Positions 1 through 10,185 are shown, counted from the stretch's first letter. The stretch is DNA of 64,000 bases from IMGVR_UViG_3300005965_000002:62001-126000, one strand, 5' to 3'. The notes: generated by a model from the sequence alone, not told the origin. Numbers and translations are program-made.

Positions 1-2987
1 GGTATCCTTCGACCGATACCGAAAGCTTTTTCGTGTATCTTTAAGGTTATAGGTGCCTGATTTCTTTTAAATTCGTTTCTTCTAACCATACGACCAATCT
101 GGTGGTAGTCGCTTGCACTCATTTGATTTTGTACCCGCAGTATCTCTGCCCAGTCTTCCCTATATGCTTCTCTTCCTTCAATAAATACCTTTAGTCTCGC
201 ATCTAGAAGAGGATAAGGGGGCAAATTATCAGTATCCTCCTGTCCGGGAGCTAGCTCAGCGGAAGGAGCCTTATTAATGATAGACTCCGGTATTAATTCT
301 TTATTATGAAATTCATTATAGTACCTGGCAAGCTCATAGACTTCCATCTTATAAAGATCACTTAAAGGGGCCAGGCCCCCATTCATGTCCCCGTATATTG
401 TGCAATTATGCGTTTTTACGCCATTTACTGTGTATTCATGGTCTTTTTCTACTGTGAAATCGAACATTTCAACTTCTGTTTCCACAGTTTCTAATTTTTT
501 AATAGCGGCGTAGTATGTCTTACTCTTAATTCTATCTTCCAAAGCAACCGTGATATCACTTTTATTTTTAATTGTATCAAGAAATTTTTTAAGAATACTT
601 CTTCCAATCCACTTACTATTTTTATTTAAGTGCCTTCGAATAGTCCCATTTACCTTCCAATGTGTGTTGTCCTTGATGTGTGATAATTCACAGTGTGTTA
701 TAGGAACAACATCATAGCTGGTTTTTATTTTTTTTGTGTTTTTTGTGTTATTATATAGTCTATTAGCTATACTTTTCTTCAGGATTTTAAAATTTAACAA
801 TTTTTCTGATTCTATTGCCGGTATATACACTTCGTGTAAGTTTTTCCTGGACCTAATATAGGAAACTACCCCCAAATTCAACAAAATTAGATGTAACTTT
901 TCTACTAATTTATAGCTAACACTATGGTATAGGATTTCTGACGTATTTTTGTTACCGTTGCTAGTACTATCTAAAAAAACACCTTCAATGAAAGGTTTTA
1001 CAAGATTTAGCGGGGCTCTCATAATGCACGCCGGTACATCTTTATTATGGGAACCATGTTCAATTCCTAAATGTCTTAAAAAACTGTTAAACTGAACACT
1101 ACATATTTCTATAAAAAAGCAACCTCTTTGGTCTTTTTTTGTAACTTTATACGAGCTTTCTTTTAGCCTTATGCTCTTAAAAAACATTACACAGAAATCA
1201 GAAACATACTTTTTAGAAGTACGTATTCTATAGATACTATCATTTATCCCGGAATAAGAGCCGTCAGCAACACAGATACCTATAAATTTAGATAGATTTT
1301 CATTCAAGTGAGATGGAAAATTAATATCTTGGGATATATAGTCAAATTCTTTTTTTTTGTAAGAAAACGTTATGTCGGTACTTCTGCCCCATATGTTTTC
1401 ACCAAAACTTACTATAGACATGTCTCCTACTTTTAGATTTTTAGCCTCTATAAATTCTTCTTTTCCATTTTTGTGTATCTTTATTTTGTGGTCTTCCGAT
1501 ATCTTTATTATATCCCCAAGTATGTTAGTAATTTTGATAAATCTATTTTTAACATTCCTAAATGAGTGCGTAACAGGCATGTCCTTGATAGAATAGGAAT
1601 TTTTTTCGTCAAAAACGCTACGAGCGCTAATTATGCCATTATCCGTAAATATGTAACTATCTCCATGGACACAATAACCCACGGACATCTCACTTTTGTT
1701 TCCTGTGGAAACTAGTAGATACCCAAATTGGTTAGAAAAAGCCATCAAAAGGAGCCCTCTTATACGGGCTTGCATGTTTTGCCTAGTCAAATCTGCGTCT
1801 GGAAGGTCGCCGACAGCGAAAAGAAAATCAGTGAAAACTTTTTCAAATATCCCTTTGATAGGTAGATTCTTTAGCTCTACTCCCAAGTTACTGCATAGCT
1901 TCTCAGAGTCCGTCACACTTCCTATACTAGAATACTCTGATGGCATTGTTACCGCAAAAACTTTGTCCGGACCAATAGCATCAGCGGCCATAGCTATTGC
2001 AACAGCGCTATCTATTCCTCCTGAGGATCCTATTACGATCCCTTTAAAGCACCCAAGTTTAGAAAAATAGTCATGGATACCATTTTTTATCTGTTCGTAA
2101 AAGAATTTTCCAGGGTTATCTTTGTTAATGGGACGCCTGTCATCCTTAGAAAGAAAATCATCTTGTACGGGGATCCCACCGACAAAAACAGATTCTACAC
2201 ATTGTTCGGAATAACTACCTGCGCGTAAGCAGATGTTTCCATTCTGATCTGTTACAAAGCTGTTGCCGTCGAACACTATGGAATCGTTAGCACCTACTTG
2301 GTTAACGTAAACTATGGGAATACCGTACTTCTTGGCGTTATCAGAAACTATTCTTTCTCTGACCCTACGCTTGTTGATCACTGAAGGAGAGGCGTTAATG
2401 CTGATAATAAGGTCGGCGTTTGCTTTGAAGAGATCTTCTACAGGTTTTTTTGAATAAGATTTATTCTCGAACCAAATATCTTCACAGATCAGTAACCCTA
2501 TACGATTACCATTAAAATTAAAGATTCCGGTTTCATTACCCGGTTCAAAATAGCGTGCCTCGTCAAACACATCATACGTAGGAAGCAGTTGCTTGCGATA
2601 TCTGTAAACAATCTTTCCACTTTCTATAACAAGCGCGGTATTAAAAAGGTTTTTGCCTTTACCTTTATTCTCCTCTATAGCTCCTATTATAATTATACCA
2701 GGAAATGTTTTTACCTCTGATAGTACTCTACTTAGTTCGATTTCATGGTCATGAAAAAAAGAAAAGAAGTCCAGAAGATCAAGGGGAGGATATCCTGCAA
2801 GAGCAAGTTCTGAAAAAACTATACAGTGGCTTTGATCGAAACTTTTATATTTGTGTATGTACTCTTCTATTTTTTGGACATAGCTAATGATCTTGTCCGC
2901 ATTACCTTTTAAATCTCCAACTATAAAATTGAGTTGGGCCATGTGGACGCTTAGCGACTTTTGACTACGATTAGTTGAGATATTCAT
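1..2987 (-). CDS. nadE: Glutamine-dependent NAD+ synthetase, intein-containing, 3' end beyond window
   Basis: Manual translation (not in ORF track): MNISTNRSQKSLSVHMAQLNFIVGD..ELALAGYPP..KQLLPTYDVFDEARYF (nitrilase-like glutaminase domain), then SGGIDSA, NMQARIR, TGNKSEMSVGY|intein|CTIYGDMNGGLAPL, KAPSAELAPGQED. ATG at 2987 overlaps the end of pncB; alternative ATG at 2942. Confidence 0.95.
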   Translation of the reverse strand, partial: MNISTNRSQKSLSVHMAQLNFIVGDLKGNADKIISYVQKIEEYIHKYKSFDQSHCIVFSELALAGYPPLDLLDFFSFFHDHEIELSRVLSEVKTFPGIIIIGAIEENKGKGKNLFNTALVIESGKIVYRYRKQLLPTYDVFDEARYFEPGNETGIFNFNGNRIGLLICEDIWFENKSYSKKPVEDLFKANADLIISINASPSVINKRRVRERIVSDNAKKYGIPIVYVNQVGANDSIVFDGNSFVTDQNGNICLRAGSYSEQCVESVFVGGIPVQDDFLSKDDRRPINKDNPGKFFYEQIKNGIHDYFSKLGCFKGIVIGSSGGIDSAVAIAMAADAIGPDKVFAVTMPSEYSSIGSVTDSEKLCSNLGVELKNLPIKGIFEKVFTDFLFAVGDLPDADLTRQNMQARIRGLLLMAFSNQFGYLLVSTGNKSEMSVGYCVHGDSYIFTDNGIISARSVFDEKNSYSIKDMPVTHSFRNVKNRFIKITNILGDIIKISEDHKIKIHKNGKEEFIEAKNLKVGDMSIVSFGENIWGRSTDITFSYKKKEFDYISQDINFPSHLNENLSKFIGICVADGSYSGINDSIYRIRTSKKYVSDFCVMFFKSIRLKESSYKVTKKDQRGCFFIEICSVQFNSFLRHLGIEHGSHNKDVPACIMRAPLNLVKPFIEGVFLDSTSNGNKNTSEILYHSVSYKLVEKLHLILLNLGVVSYIRSRKNLHEVYIPAIESEKLLNFKILKKSIANRLYNNTKNTKKIKTSYDVVPITHCELSHIKDNTHWKVNGTIRRHLNKNSKWIGRSILKKFLDTIKNKSDITVALEDRIKSKTYYAAIKKLETVETEVEMFDFTVEKDHEYTVNGVKTHNCTIYGDMNGGLAPLSDLYKMEVYELARYYNEFHNKELIPESIINKAPSAELAPGQEDTDNLPPYPLLDARLKVFIEGREAYREDWAEILRVQNQMSASDYHQIGRMVRRNEFKRNQAPITLKIHEKAFGIGRRI
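405..1673 (-). mobile_element. Intein (423 aa) with LAGLIDADG-type endonuclease in NadE
   Basis: Starts CVHGDSYIFT, ends GVKTHN, +1 residue Cys. Removal restores GY-CTIYGD. Internal KFIGICVADG and a degenerate FIEGVFLDS block. Confidence 0.9.
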
Positions 2988-4587
2988 TTTTACCAACGCA
3001 GTGAATGTTCAAGATATGATTAGGATTCTTTCTTTTTCTTTTTATATCTCTGGTAATTACTGTCATCAGATTTTGCTCATACTGAGTATCTTCACACATG
3101 CTTTTTGCCGGGTTATTAGATATCTTGGCGACTGGCTGCAGTTCCTCATAATTTCTGCCACACTCTACCATTTTAATTACAAGCTGTAAGGCTTTTGGTC
3201 CGATGTCGTTTGTAAGGTTAGTCCCAACACCGAAAGCTACGCGAATGCGCCCGCTGAAGTACTTAGCTAGACGAATAACGGTGGGTATATCTAACCCATC
3301 ACTGAAAACTAAGGTTTTCGTCCGGGGATCTATACCAAGATGCTTATAGTGGTCAATTAGCCTGTCTCCCCAAAGAAATGGATTCCCACTATCATGTCGA
3401 GCACCATCAAAAAGTTTGGCAAAATATCTGTCAAAATCAGCGAGGAATTTTTCATCTCCGTAAGTATCAGAAAGAACTATCCCGAGGTCCCCTCGGTACT
3501 CTTTAGCCCAGCTATCCATAACAAACTGCTGCGCGTCAGAAAGCCGGGGACCCAAAGCTTGACCTGCCTGGAAGAGCTCATGAGCCATTGTCCCGATGGG
3601 CTTAAGGTCGTAAAACATAGAAAGCATGACGTTACTGGTACCAGACAATACACCAGCTTCTGCCATTGTACTAACTACTTCTTCATGCCACTCACCACTA
3701 AAGCATCTTCGGGTGCCGAAATCTGATATGATTAATTTCTGTCCTGTTTCGGACTCATATTTTTTAACCATCTGTATCTTAGCTTGGAGTCGTTCCCGGC
3801 CTTCATCTAAGTCGGTATTTTTGTGCAGTGCCCGTGTGTAGCATTCATGTACGATTTTAAGTATTTTTACTTCAAAAGGTATCGTATGAAGCCAGGGCCC
3901 CCGAATGACAATATCGAGTTTTCCGTTTTTCTCTTTTACAGTCACGTACTTTCTGCGTAGATAAAACATACGCAAGAAATCTACGTAATCAGGGGAAAGA
4001 AATTTACATTTCTGTTCAATAAAATTAAGTTCTTCTTCTGTATAAGACAAGTTACATATATGGTCAATCTGCTTTTCTATTTCTTTTTTAAAAGGAAGTA
4101 GATCTACTCCATCGGTACGGCATTTAAAACGCGCCTTCATAACTGCTCTCGAACAGTTATGAAGTATATATTGTTGCATGGAGAGCTTATAGAGATCGTC
4201 ATCTGTCATATATTGGATTACATAGGGATCCCCGTTTTCATCCTTCTTGGCAGAATCATTATATATCTTAGACATAAAAGTGCCTTGGCTGTCACTTTCC
4301 GAGACACAAGTCATGGAAATAAATTCAGCCTCAGGATTGGCTTTTTTGATTTCAGGCATGATTTCAGTTTCCGGATCGGAAACTGGATTTTCGGTTTTAA
4401 CAACGAATGTGTCGATTACCATGCCTTCATGCTTATCAAGTACTTCTTGTATGTGCTCGCTTACGTTTTCAATATCTTCAGACACATTATCTCTAAGCAA
4501 GCTTTTCAGCGAATTGACCAATATATTATGGTCTCTCGTTGCAAAGCCCGAACGGGGCCTGATCCAACAGTCTACTAAGTACCTCAC
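2971..4587 (-). CDS. pncB: Nicotinate phosphoribosyltransferase with ~115-aa unknown N-terminal extension
   Basis: DLYK, DFGTRR, GTSN, GTMAHE (phospho-His), DTY, RHDSG, FSDGL and FGVGTNL motifs. Confidence 0.93.
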   Translation of the reverse strand: MRYLVDCWIRPRSGFATRDHNILVNSLKSLLRDNVSEDIENVSEHIQEVLDKHEGMVIDTFVVKTENPVSDPETEIMPEIKKANPEAEFISMTCVSESDSQGTFMSKIYNDSAKKDENGDPYVIQYMTDDDLYKLSMQQYILHNCSRAVMKARFKCRTDGVDLLPFKKEIEKQIDHICNLSYTEEELNFIEQKCKFLSPDYVDFLRMFYLRRKYVTVKEKNGKLDIVIRGPWLHTIPFEVKILKIVHECYTRALHKNTDLDEGRERLQAKIQMVKKYESETGQKLIISDFGTRRCFSGEWHEEVVSTMAEAGVLSGTSNVMLSMFYDLKPIGTMAHELFQAGQALGPRLSDAQQFVMDSWAKEYRGDLGIVLSDTYGDEKFLADFDRYFAKLFDGARHDSGNPFLWGDRLIDHYKHLGIDPRTKTLVFSDGLDIPTVIRLAKYFSGRIRVAFGVGTNLTNDIGPKALQLVIKMVECGRNYEELQPVAKISNNPAKSMCEDTQYEQNLMTVITRDIKRKRKNPNHILNIHCVGKNEYLN

Positions 4588-4662
4588 ATTAAGCCTCCAA
4601 AAATAAGTAAAGTTTCGAGCGCAAGAGATAATATACTTTTTTAAAATGCCCGGTTTAAAGCA

Positions 4663-5760
4663 TTAACTAAAAAAATTATCTACCGTGTTTACGCACAGAG
4701 TATCGATATCGTTGATATTAGGTGACTTAGGTAGAGTAGATTTCTTATACAATTCTGTGAGTTTTTGGTCACAATCATGGGCATACTGCTCTATTTTGTC
4801 ATATGACCAAGCTCCGTTTCTGATAGCCCGTAGCTCATCAGCATCAATATCCGTACGGTCTACGTTTACCTTTTCGGTTTCTAAGATCTCAAGACCCATC
4901 CTCAAGAGTCGGACCAAGTGTGCGGCGTTTTTAGCGTCAAATCCGTATTTTTCTTCAAGCTCAGCACGAGCCTTATTTCTGGATTTTTTCCATTCATAGT
5001 ATCTATCCCAGTCTCTTTTAGCTTCATAATAGGCAACCTCTTTTTTGGCTTCCTGTACGTATTCCTCTTTGAGGTAATTATCCCCGAGAGATATAAACGT
5101 ATTAGCCTGGGCTTTAATGCCACACTGCAGCCATTCCAGAGCAGTTTTTCTTTGCTCCGGGATCAAAAACTGGGTATACAGAGGAATTACATAATCCCCG
5201 TAAAGCCTGTCTAACTCATCCAAAAAATTCTGTTTCTCTTCTTCTATAATAAATTCCAGAGCGGCACTTACTACTGCTTTAAGCTGAGAAGTCGGAAATA
5301 TTGAGGGATTTCTTAGGCCAAACTCTTCTCTTTCGGGTGATTTTTTAGGAGGATCTAAAAGAAATTTTCTATGGGTTTTTATGCGGTTAAGTTGTGCAAT
5401 TGCATACCCGGAAAAAGTATACCTGCATCTCTTAGTCACGAAGATATCTCTGTTTTCAATAAAAGTATCCCAGTAAGGGCTTCGGGTAATAACACATCTG
5501 TCCGGCATCCATAAAAGATCCATCATATTAGGATTGTTATCGGAAATCAACCTTAGAGCTTTACGGATATCATAGCAAACGCGATCTTTTTCTTCGAACC
5601 CACGAAACTGTTCAAACTTTTGAAATCCGAAAAAATATTCTTTACCTGGAATCATGACGCCTGCTTTATCATAATCTGATTCGGCATGGTGTATACCGTA
5701 AGCTCTGCTGCCTACTACAGTCTCAAATATGATTCTGGGTAATACATAAGAAATTTCCAC
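4663..5760 (-). CDS. Pol-beta superfamily nucleotidyltransferase (Nuc-transf/YcgL/RlaP-like)
   Basis: GSRAYG..SDYD motif, NNPN, C-terminal GFDAKNAAHLVRL..IRNG. Confidence 0.8.
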   Translation of the reverse strand: MEISYVLPRIIFETVVGSRAYGIHHAESDYDKAGVMIPGKEYFFGFQKFEQFRGFEEKDRVCYDIRKALRLISDNNPNMMDLLWMPDRCVITRSPYWDTFIENRDIFVTKRCRYTFSGYAIAQLNRIKTHRKFLLDPPKKSPEREEFGLRNPSIFPTSQLKAVVSAALEFIIEEEKQNFLDELDRLYGDYVIPLYTQFLIPEQRKTALEWLQCGIKAQANTFISLGDNYLKEEYVQEAKKEVAYYEAKRDWDRYYEWKKSRNKARAELEEKYGFDAKNAAHLVRLLRMGLEILETEKVNVDRTDIDADELRAIRNGAWSYDKIEQYAHDCDQKLTELYKKSTLPKSPNINDIDTLCVNTVDNFFS

Positions 5761-5985
5761 TTTATCTTCTCCTTATTTTTGTTATCAATATACTTATCAA
5801 AGCGCTTTAATTAAAGAAAAAGAAAATTTTTATTATAGGATAAAAGTGCTCAATTCTACTTTAATTCTCCAAAAACCTCTGTTATATTAATATGATTTCC
5901 CTACCTTTTTAGGTCTAATAATTCTTTAATACGCCCTCTTGAGTTAAAATAGAGACGGTATAAAATGAAAGGATGTGTTTGAAAA

Positions 5986-8900
5986 ATGTTTAAGACTGCA
6001 CTAGCCTATGAGAATTGGAAAACCAAATATCGGTACGAGAACGAGACCCCCGAAGAAACTTTCCTCAGAGTCGCAAAGGCTCTAGCTTCAGTAGAAAAAG
6101 ACCCTGAATATTGGACTGATAAATTTTATAGAACTCTTGTTAAGCTTAACTCAGAAGGTGAAGCCATAGGCTTAAAATGCACTCCCGGGGGGCGTATTAC
6201 AGCTAATGCGGGAACGGATTTCAAGCATGCAACTCTCCTCAACTGCTACATTTCGGGGGCTGTTTCTAATGCTGAAATAAAATATCCTAGAAAGACCTTT
6301 GATAATAAGCTTGCTCACGATATCGTCTATAAGTCCGATAAAAATCCTGATGATCTTATTAATATATTTTTAACTATTCTGGAGCAAGCTAAAACCCTTG
6401 CTTCTGAAGGAGGGTATGGGATAAATTTTGATTTTATCCGCCCTAGAGGATCCTTAATTAAGGGTACCGGAATAAAGCACCCAGGCGTAGTTAGCTATAT
6501 GAAAATATGGGATTCCGTTTCGGAATGTATAGTAAAAGGTACAAATGATGGGTATATAGATAAACTAAAAAATTACTTAAATAAAGAAGATTTTAATGAT
6601 ACTAAGGAAATAGTAAAATCCATGACCCGTAAGGGAGCTATGATGGGTGTTCTTAGTTGTGTTTCTGGAGACACCTTAATTTCTACCATAGACGGTTTGA
6701 TTCCTATTAAACAATTAGTAGGAAAAAATCCTCTTTTATACTGTACAGGTAAGGATAGAAACATATACGTCAGAAGAGCTAATAAAGTATGGAAGACAGG
6801 AAAAAGAAAAACGCTAAAGATATTATTAGACAATGATACTCATTTGATATGCACTCCTGACCATAGAATTATGCTACATGATGGGTCTTATAAGGAGGCT
6901 AAAGACTTGGTATTAGGAGACTCATTGTCAGCATTCTATAAAAGTATTTATTGTAGAAAAGGTATTTACAAAACAAGTGCTTATAAACAAATAGGTATTA
7001 CTGGTCAAAAGAAAACCATACCTGAGCACAAAGCCGTGTGTGAATTTAAATACGGTATGTACCCCGAGATAGTTGTCGAAGAGGATGGAGTTTCCTATTC
7101 GGATAATAGCCAAGTCATACACCATATAGACGGGAATTCATTAAACAACTCCCCTGACAATATAGAACTTATATCTTTTTCAGAACACGCTGATCGCCAT
7201 AAAGAAGAAACAATAAGAATATTCGATAAAAATAGAAAAAGAATAGCAAAAGAAAGAAAAGGAAAAACTTGGGAAGAGTATTACGGACCAGAAAAAGCTG
7301 CTATTTTAAAGAAGAGAGCCAGTGAAAGAATTAAATTAAAAAGAAAAGGTAGCTGGAATAAAGGTTTAAATGGTGCTAAGTATAAGGAACATTATCAGAA
7401 CGGATTTAAAAATCAGTTTGAAGAGGCCAACACTTGGGAAGAAGCGTATGGTTTAGAGAAAGCTTTATCGGCAAAGAATAAAAAGAAAGAAACTCTTGCT
7501 AAAAATACCCTTAGTAACCATAAAGTAATAAGTGTCTCAGATTATGAAGAAATTGATGTTTTTGATATATCTGTGCCCGATTTTCATAATTTTGTGGCTA
7601 ATGGTATCTTTGTTCATAATTGTAGTCATCCTGATATTGAAGAGTTTATCAGAGCAAAACAATCCTCCGGAGTTTTAACCAAGTTTAACATATCAGTACT
7701 TATAGACGACAAATTCATGGAAGCCGTAAAAAAAGATAAACTCTATGATTTGAGCTTTAATGGCAAAATATACAAAAGGGTAAAAGCTAAAGACTTGTAT
7801 AATATTATCATGGAATCAACATATAATAGAGCGGAGCCTGGAGTTCTTTTTGTTGATAACATGCATCGAAATAATCCGCTATCCTATTTAGGTAAAGCTA
7901 CATGCTGCAATCCCTGTGGAGAGGTGCCGGGTTTGGGCTCTTTAACAACAACATGTTTATTGGGGTCTCTTAATCTTACTCAATATGTATTAGCTTACGA
8001 TAAAGAAACAGGTGCTAAATTAAAGAAACCTATTTTTGATTGGGAACAATACGAAGATGATATAAAAGTATTTACTCGAATGCTTGATAATGTAAATGAT
8101 ATTACTTATAACTCTCTTCCCTCTTATGATTGGGTTACTAAAAACATACGTCAGTTTGGTATGGGGATAAATGGTTTAGGATCTGCTTTATCAATGTTAA
8201 GAATTCCATATAACTCCAATAAATCCCACCAATTTGTTAAAAAAGCTGTATCCATTAAAGAGAATATAACCTGGCAAACTTCAGCTTTGTTAGCAAAAGA
8301 AAAAGGTACATTTCCAGCATATGATAAAGAACAATTTGAATCTACTGAATATTTTAACTCAGATCGCATAATAGACGAAACCCGTGAAATGCTCCGTAAA
8401 TACGGAGCCCGTAATGGAAAGACGACGACAAACCCGCCTCTTGGTAATACCTCAGTAATCTGCGACAATGTATCTAATGGCATAGAGCCTGTCTTCATGC
8501 TTGAGTATGAGCGTAAGGCTATCTGTAAAGATTGGCCTGAGGGTGTAAATGGGGAAAATATTAAAAAGCTCCTCAAGAAATATGATGAGAATGACTATAC
8601 ATATTGGCGGGGTGACATAAACGGAAAGACTTATTATTATGAGCCTCATAATAGAGGATTGTGTGGGGTAACAACAGTCCGCGACTATGGTTATCAATGG
8701 TTACTTGATAATTATCCCGAAGAAGATCATAGCGAGTACCTCGTAACCACAGATAAGCTCACTGTGGATGATCACGTAAACTTGCAGAGTATTGTTCAGT
8801 ACTACTGCAACCAGTCTGTTTCTAAAACTTCAAACCTTCCTTTTGGATATCCTTTTGATGAGTTTAAAGACCTTTATATGAAGGCTTGGAAGAAGGGTTT

Positions 8901-9519
8901 GAATGGTTTCACTACTTATCGTAGCGGATCTATGGAATCTGTTATTTCAGAAATAAGCAAAGCAGAAGAGAGCAAAGAGATTATAGCCCGGGACATAAAG
9001 CTTCCTACTGAATTCGTTAATGGCCCTACTCGGGTAATCAAAAGAGAGCAAATGAAGTTTTACATTCATTTCTCTTATTTACCTGAAGACTCCGAGATGG
9101 TATTCCCGGTTGCTATGTGGATATATACTAATGATAGAAACAAAGATAACTCTCGTATATGTAACAAAGCTTCACGCAATTTGGCTAAGCTGGCGCTAGA
9201 TTGCGGTGTTGATAGGGAAATTGTAGAGAAAGCCCTTGATAAAGCTAAAAAAGATTATCCACATAATAGACTTGGTAGGATGATCTCGCTATGTATGAGG
9301 CATAACGTTAGCCGAGATGATATACTGGTGTCTTTAATGGGTATTGATGGTGATCATATTTCTACACTATTAACTGCCGTACGAAAGTTTATAGGAGAGA
9401 CCATTAAGGATGGTACTAAACTAAAAGGTTACAGATGTGAAGAGTGCAATGGAGATAATGTAATCTTAGAAGGTGGTTGTAAAAAATGTCAGGACTGTGG
9501 CTTTAGTGGTTGTGGTTGA
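5986..9519 (+). CDS. nrdJ: Class II (B12-dependent) ribonucleotide reductase, intein-containing
   Basis: PGGRI, NC, GGYG..F..IRP, HPDIEEFI, EPG, NPCGE, CLLGSLNL, GIEP, QSVSKT, TTYR. C-terminal TSCPD-like domain and CxxC..CxxC ribbon. No beta subunit nearby. Confidence 0.92.
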   Translation: MFKTALAYENWKTKYRYENETPEETFLRVAKALASVEKDPEYWTDKFYRTLVKLNSEGEAIGLKCTPGGRITANAGTDFKHATLLNCYISGAVSNAEIKYPRKTFDNKLAHDIVYKSDKNPDDLINIFLTILEQAKTLASEGGYGINFDFIRPRGSLIKGTGIKHPGVVSYMKIWDSVSECIVKGTNDGYIDKLKNYLNKEDFNDTKEIVKSMTRKGAMMGVLSCVSGDTLISTIDGLIPIKQLVGKNPLLYCTGKDRNIYVRRANKVWKTGKRKTLKILLDNDTHLICTPDHRIMLHDGSYKEAKDLVLGDSLSAFYKSIYCRKGIYKTSAYKQIGITGQKKTIPEHKAVCEFKYGMYPEIVVEEDGVSYSDNSQVIHHIDGNSLNNSPDNIELISFSEHADRHKEETIRIFDKNRKRIAKERKGKTWEEYYGPEKAAILKKRASERIKLKRKGSWNKGLNGAKYKEHYQNGFKNQFEEANTWEEAYGLEKALSAKNKKKETLAKNTLSNHKVISVSDYEEIDVFDISVPDFHNFVANGIFVHNCSHPDIEEFIRAKQSSGVLTKFNISVLIDDKFMEAVKKDKLYDLSFNGKIYKRVKAKDLYNIIMESTYNRAEPGVLFVDNMHRNNPLSYLGKATCCNPCGEVPGLGSLTTTCLLGSLNLTQYVLAYDKETGAKLKKPIFDWEQYEDDIKVFTRMLDNVNDITYNSLPSYDWVTKNIRQFGMGINGLGSALSMLRIPYNSNKSHQFVKKAVSIKENITWQTSALLAKEKGTFPAYDKEQFESTEYFNSDRIIDETREMLRKYGARNGKTTTNPPLGNTSVICDNVSNGIEPVFMLEYERKAICKDWPEGVNGENIKKLLKKYDENDYTYWRGDINGKTYYYEPHNRGLCGVTTVRDYGYQWLLDNYPEEDHSEYLVTTDKLTVDDHVNLQSIVQYYCNQSVSKTSNLPFGYPFDEFKDLYMKAWKKGLNGFTTYRSGSMESVISEISKAEESKEIIARDIKLPTEFVNGPTRVIKREQMKFYIHFSYLPEDSEMVFPVAMWIYTNDRNKDNSRICNKASRNLAKLALDCGVDREIVEKALDKAKKDYPHNRLGRMISLCMRHNVSRDDILVSLMGIDGDHISTLLTAVRKFIGETIKDGTKLKGYRCEECNGDNVILEGGCKKCQDCGFSGCG
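6658..7620 (+). mobile_element. Intein (321 aa) with HNH endonuclease in RNR
   Basis: VLS|CVSGDTLIST ... CTPDH ... FVHN|CSHPDI. Internal HHIDGNSLNNSPDNIEL (HNH). Confidence 0.93.
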
Positions 9520-9555
9520 TAAATAACATATTCATATAATATCTAAGGAGTTTGT

Positions 9556-10185
9556 ATGTCCATGGAACACGTAAAATCATTTCTAAACGGCTTTGAAAAT
9601 GCAGAAAAAGCCAAGCTACTTGAAGAGTTAACTACTGCTCTCTCAGACCAGGGACAAGTCTTGTGTGTTACACCGGAAAAAGTTATTCCACCATTGCGTG
9701 TAAAGAAACTTTTTGACGATGCTATCATTCCTACAAAGAGCCATGAAACTGATAGCGGGTTTGATCTTTATGCTTATAAGGTAGAAAAACTATACGAAAA
9801 TAATGAGGCGGTGAGTTTGGAAAGCTATGCTTCTCCAAGCATTTCAAAAGAAATTTACTTACTTCCGGGTCAGAGGTGCCTTATTAATACTGGCATCTCT
9901 GCAACCGTAGGGCCTGGTTTTGAAATTCAGATACGTCCTAGGAGTGGTAACGCCTTAAAGAAGGGTATTACTGTTCTGAACACCCCCGGTACTATCGATG
10001 AGGGTTACAGAGGTATGATTGGTGTCATCCTACAAAATGCCTCGGATTCTCAGGTTACTATTAATATGGGTGACAGAATAGCTCAAATGGTAGTTTGCCC
10101 CGTGGTTTTATCTAAAATTCAAGTCGTTGAGGATTTAGACGTGACAGAAAGAAATGATGGTGGCTTTGGTCATACAGGTAATTAA
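9556..10185 (+). CDS. dut: Trimeric dUTPase
   Basis: SGFDL, RPRSG, NTPGTIDEGYRG, RIAQ and RNDGGFGHTG motifs. Confidence 0.96.
   Translation: MSMEHVKSFLNGFENAEKAKLLEELTTALSDQGQVLCVTPEKVIPPLRVKKLFDDAIIPTKSHETDSGFDLYAYKVEKLYENNEAVSLESYASPSISKEIYLLPGQRCLINTGISATVGPGFEIQIRPRSGNALKKGITVLNTPGTIDEGYRGMIGVILQNASDSQVTINMGDRIAQMVVCPVVLSKIQVVEDLDVTERNDGGFGHTGN

Noticed and set aside
1372-5214. Plus-strand ORFs from the track over nadE, pncB and the NTase (and similar antisense ORFs throughout the window)
   Set aside because: They are shadows of well-supported opposite-strand genes, with no motifs or RBS.
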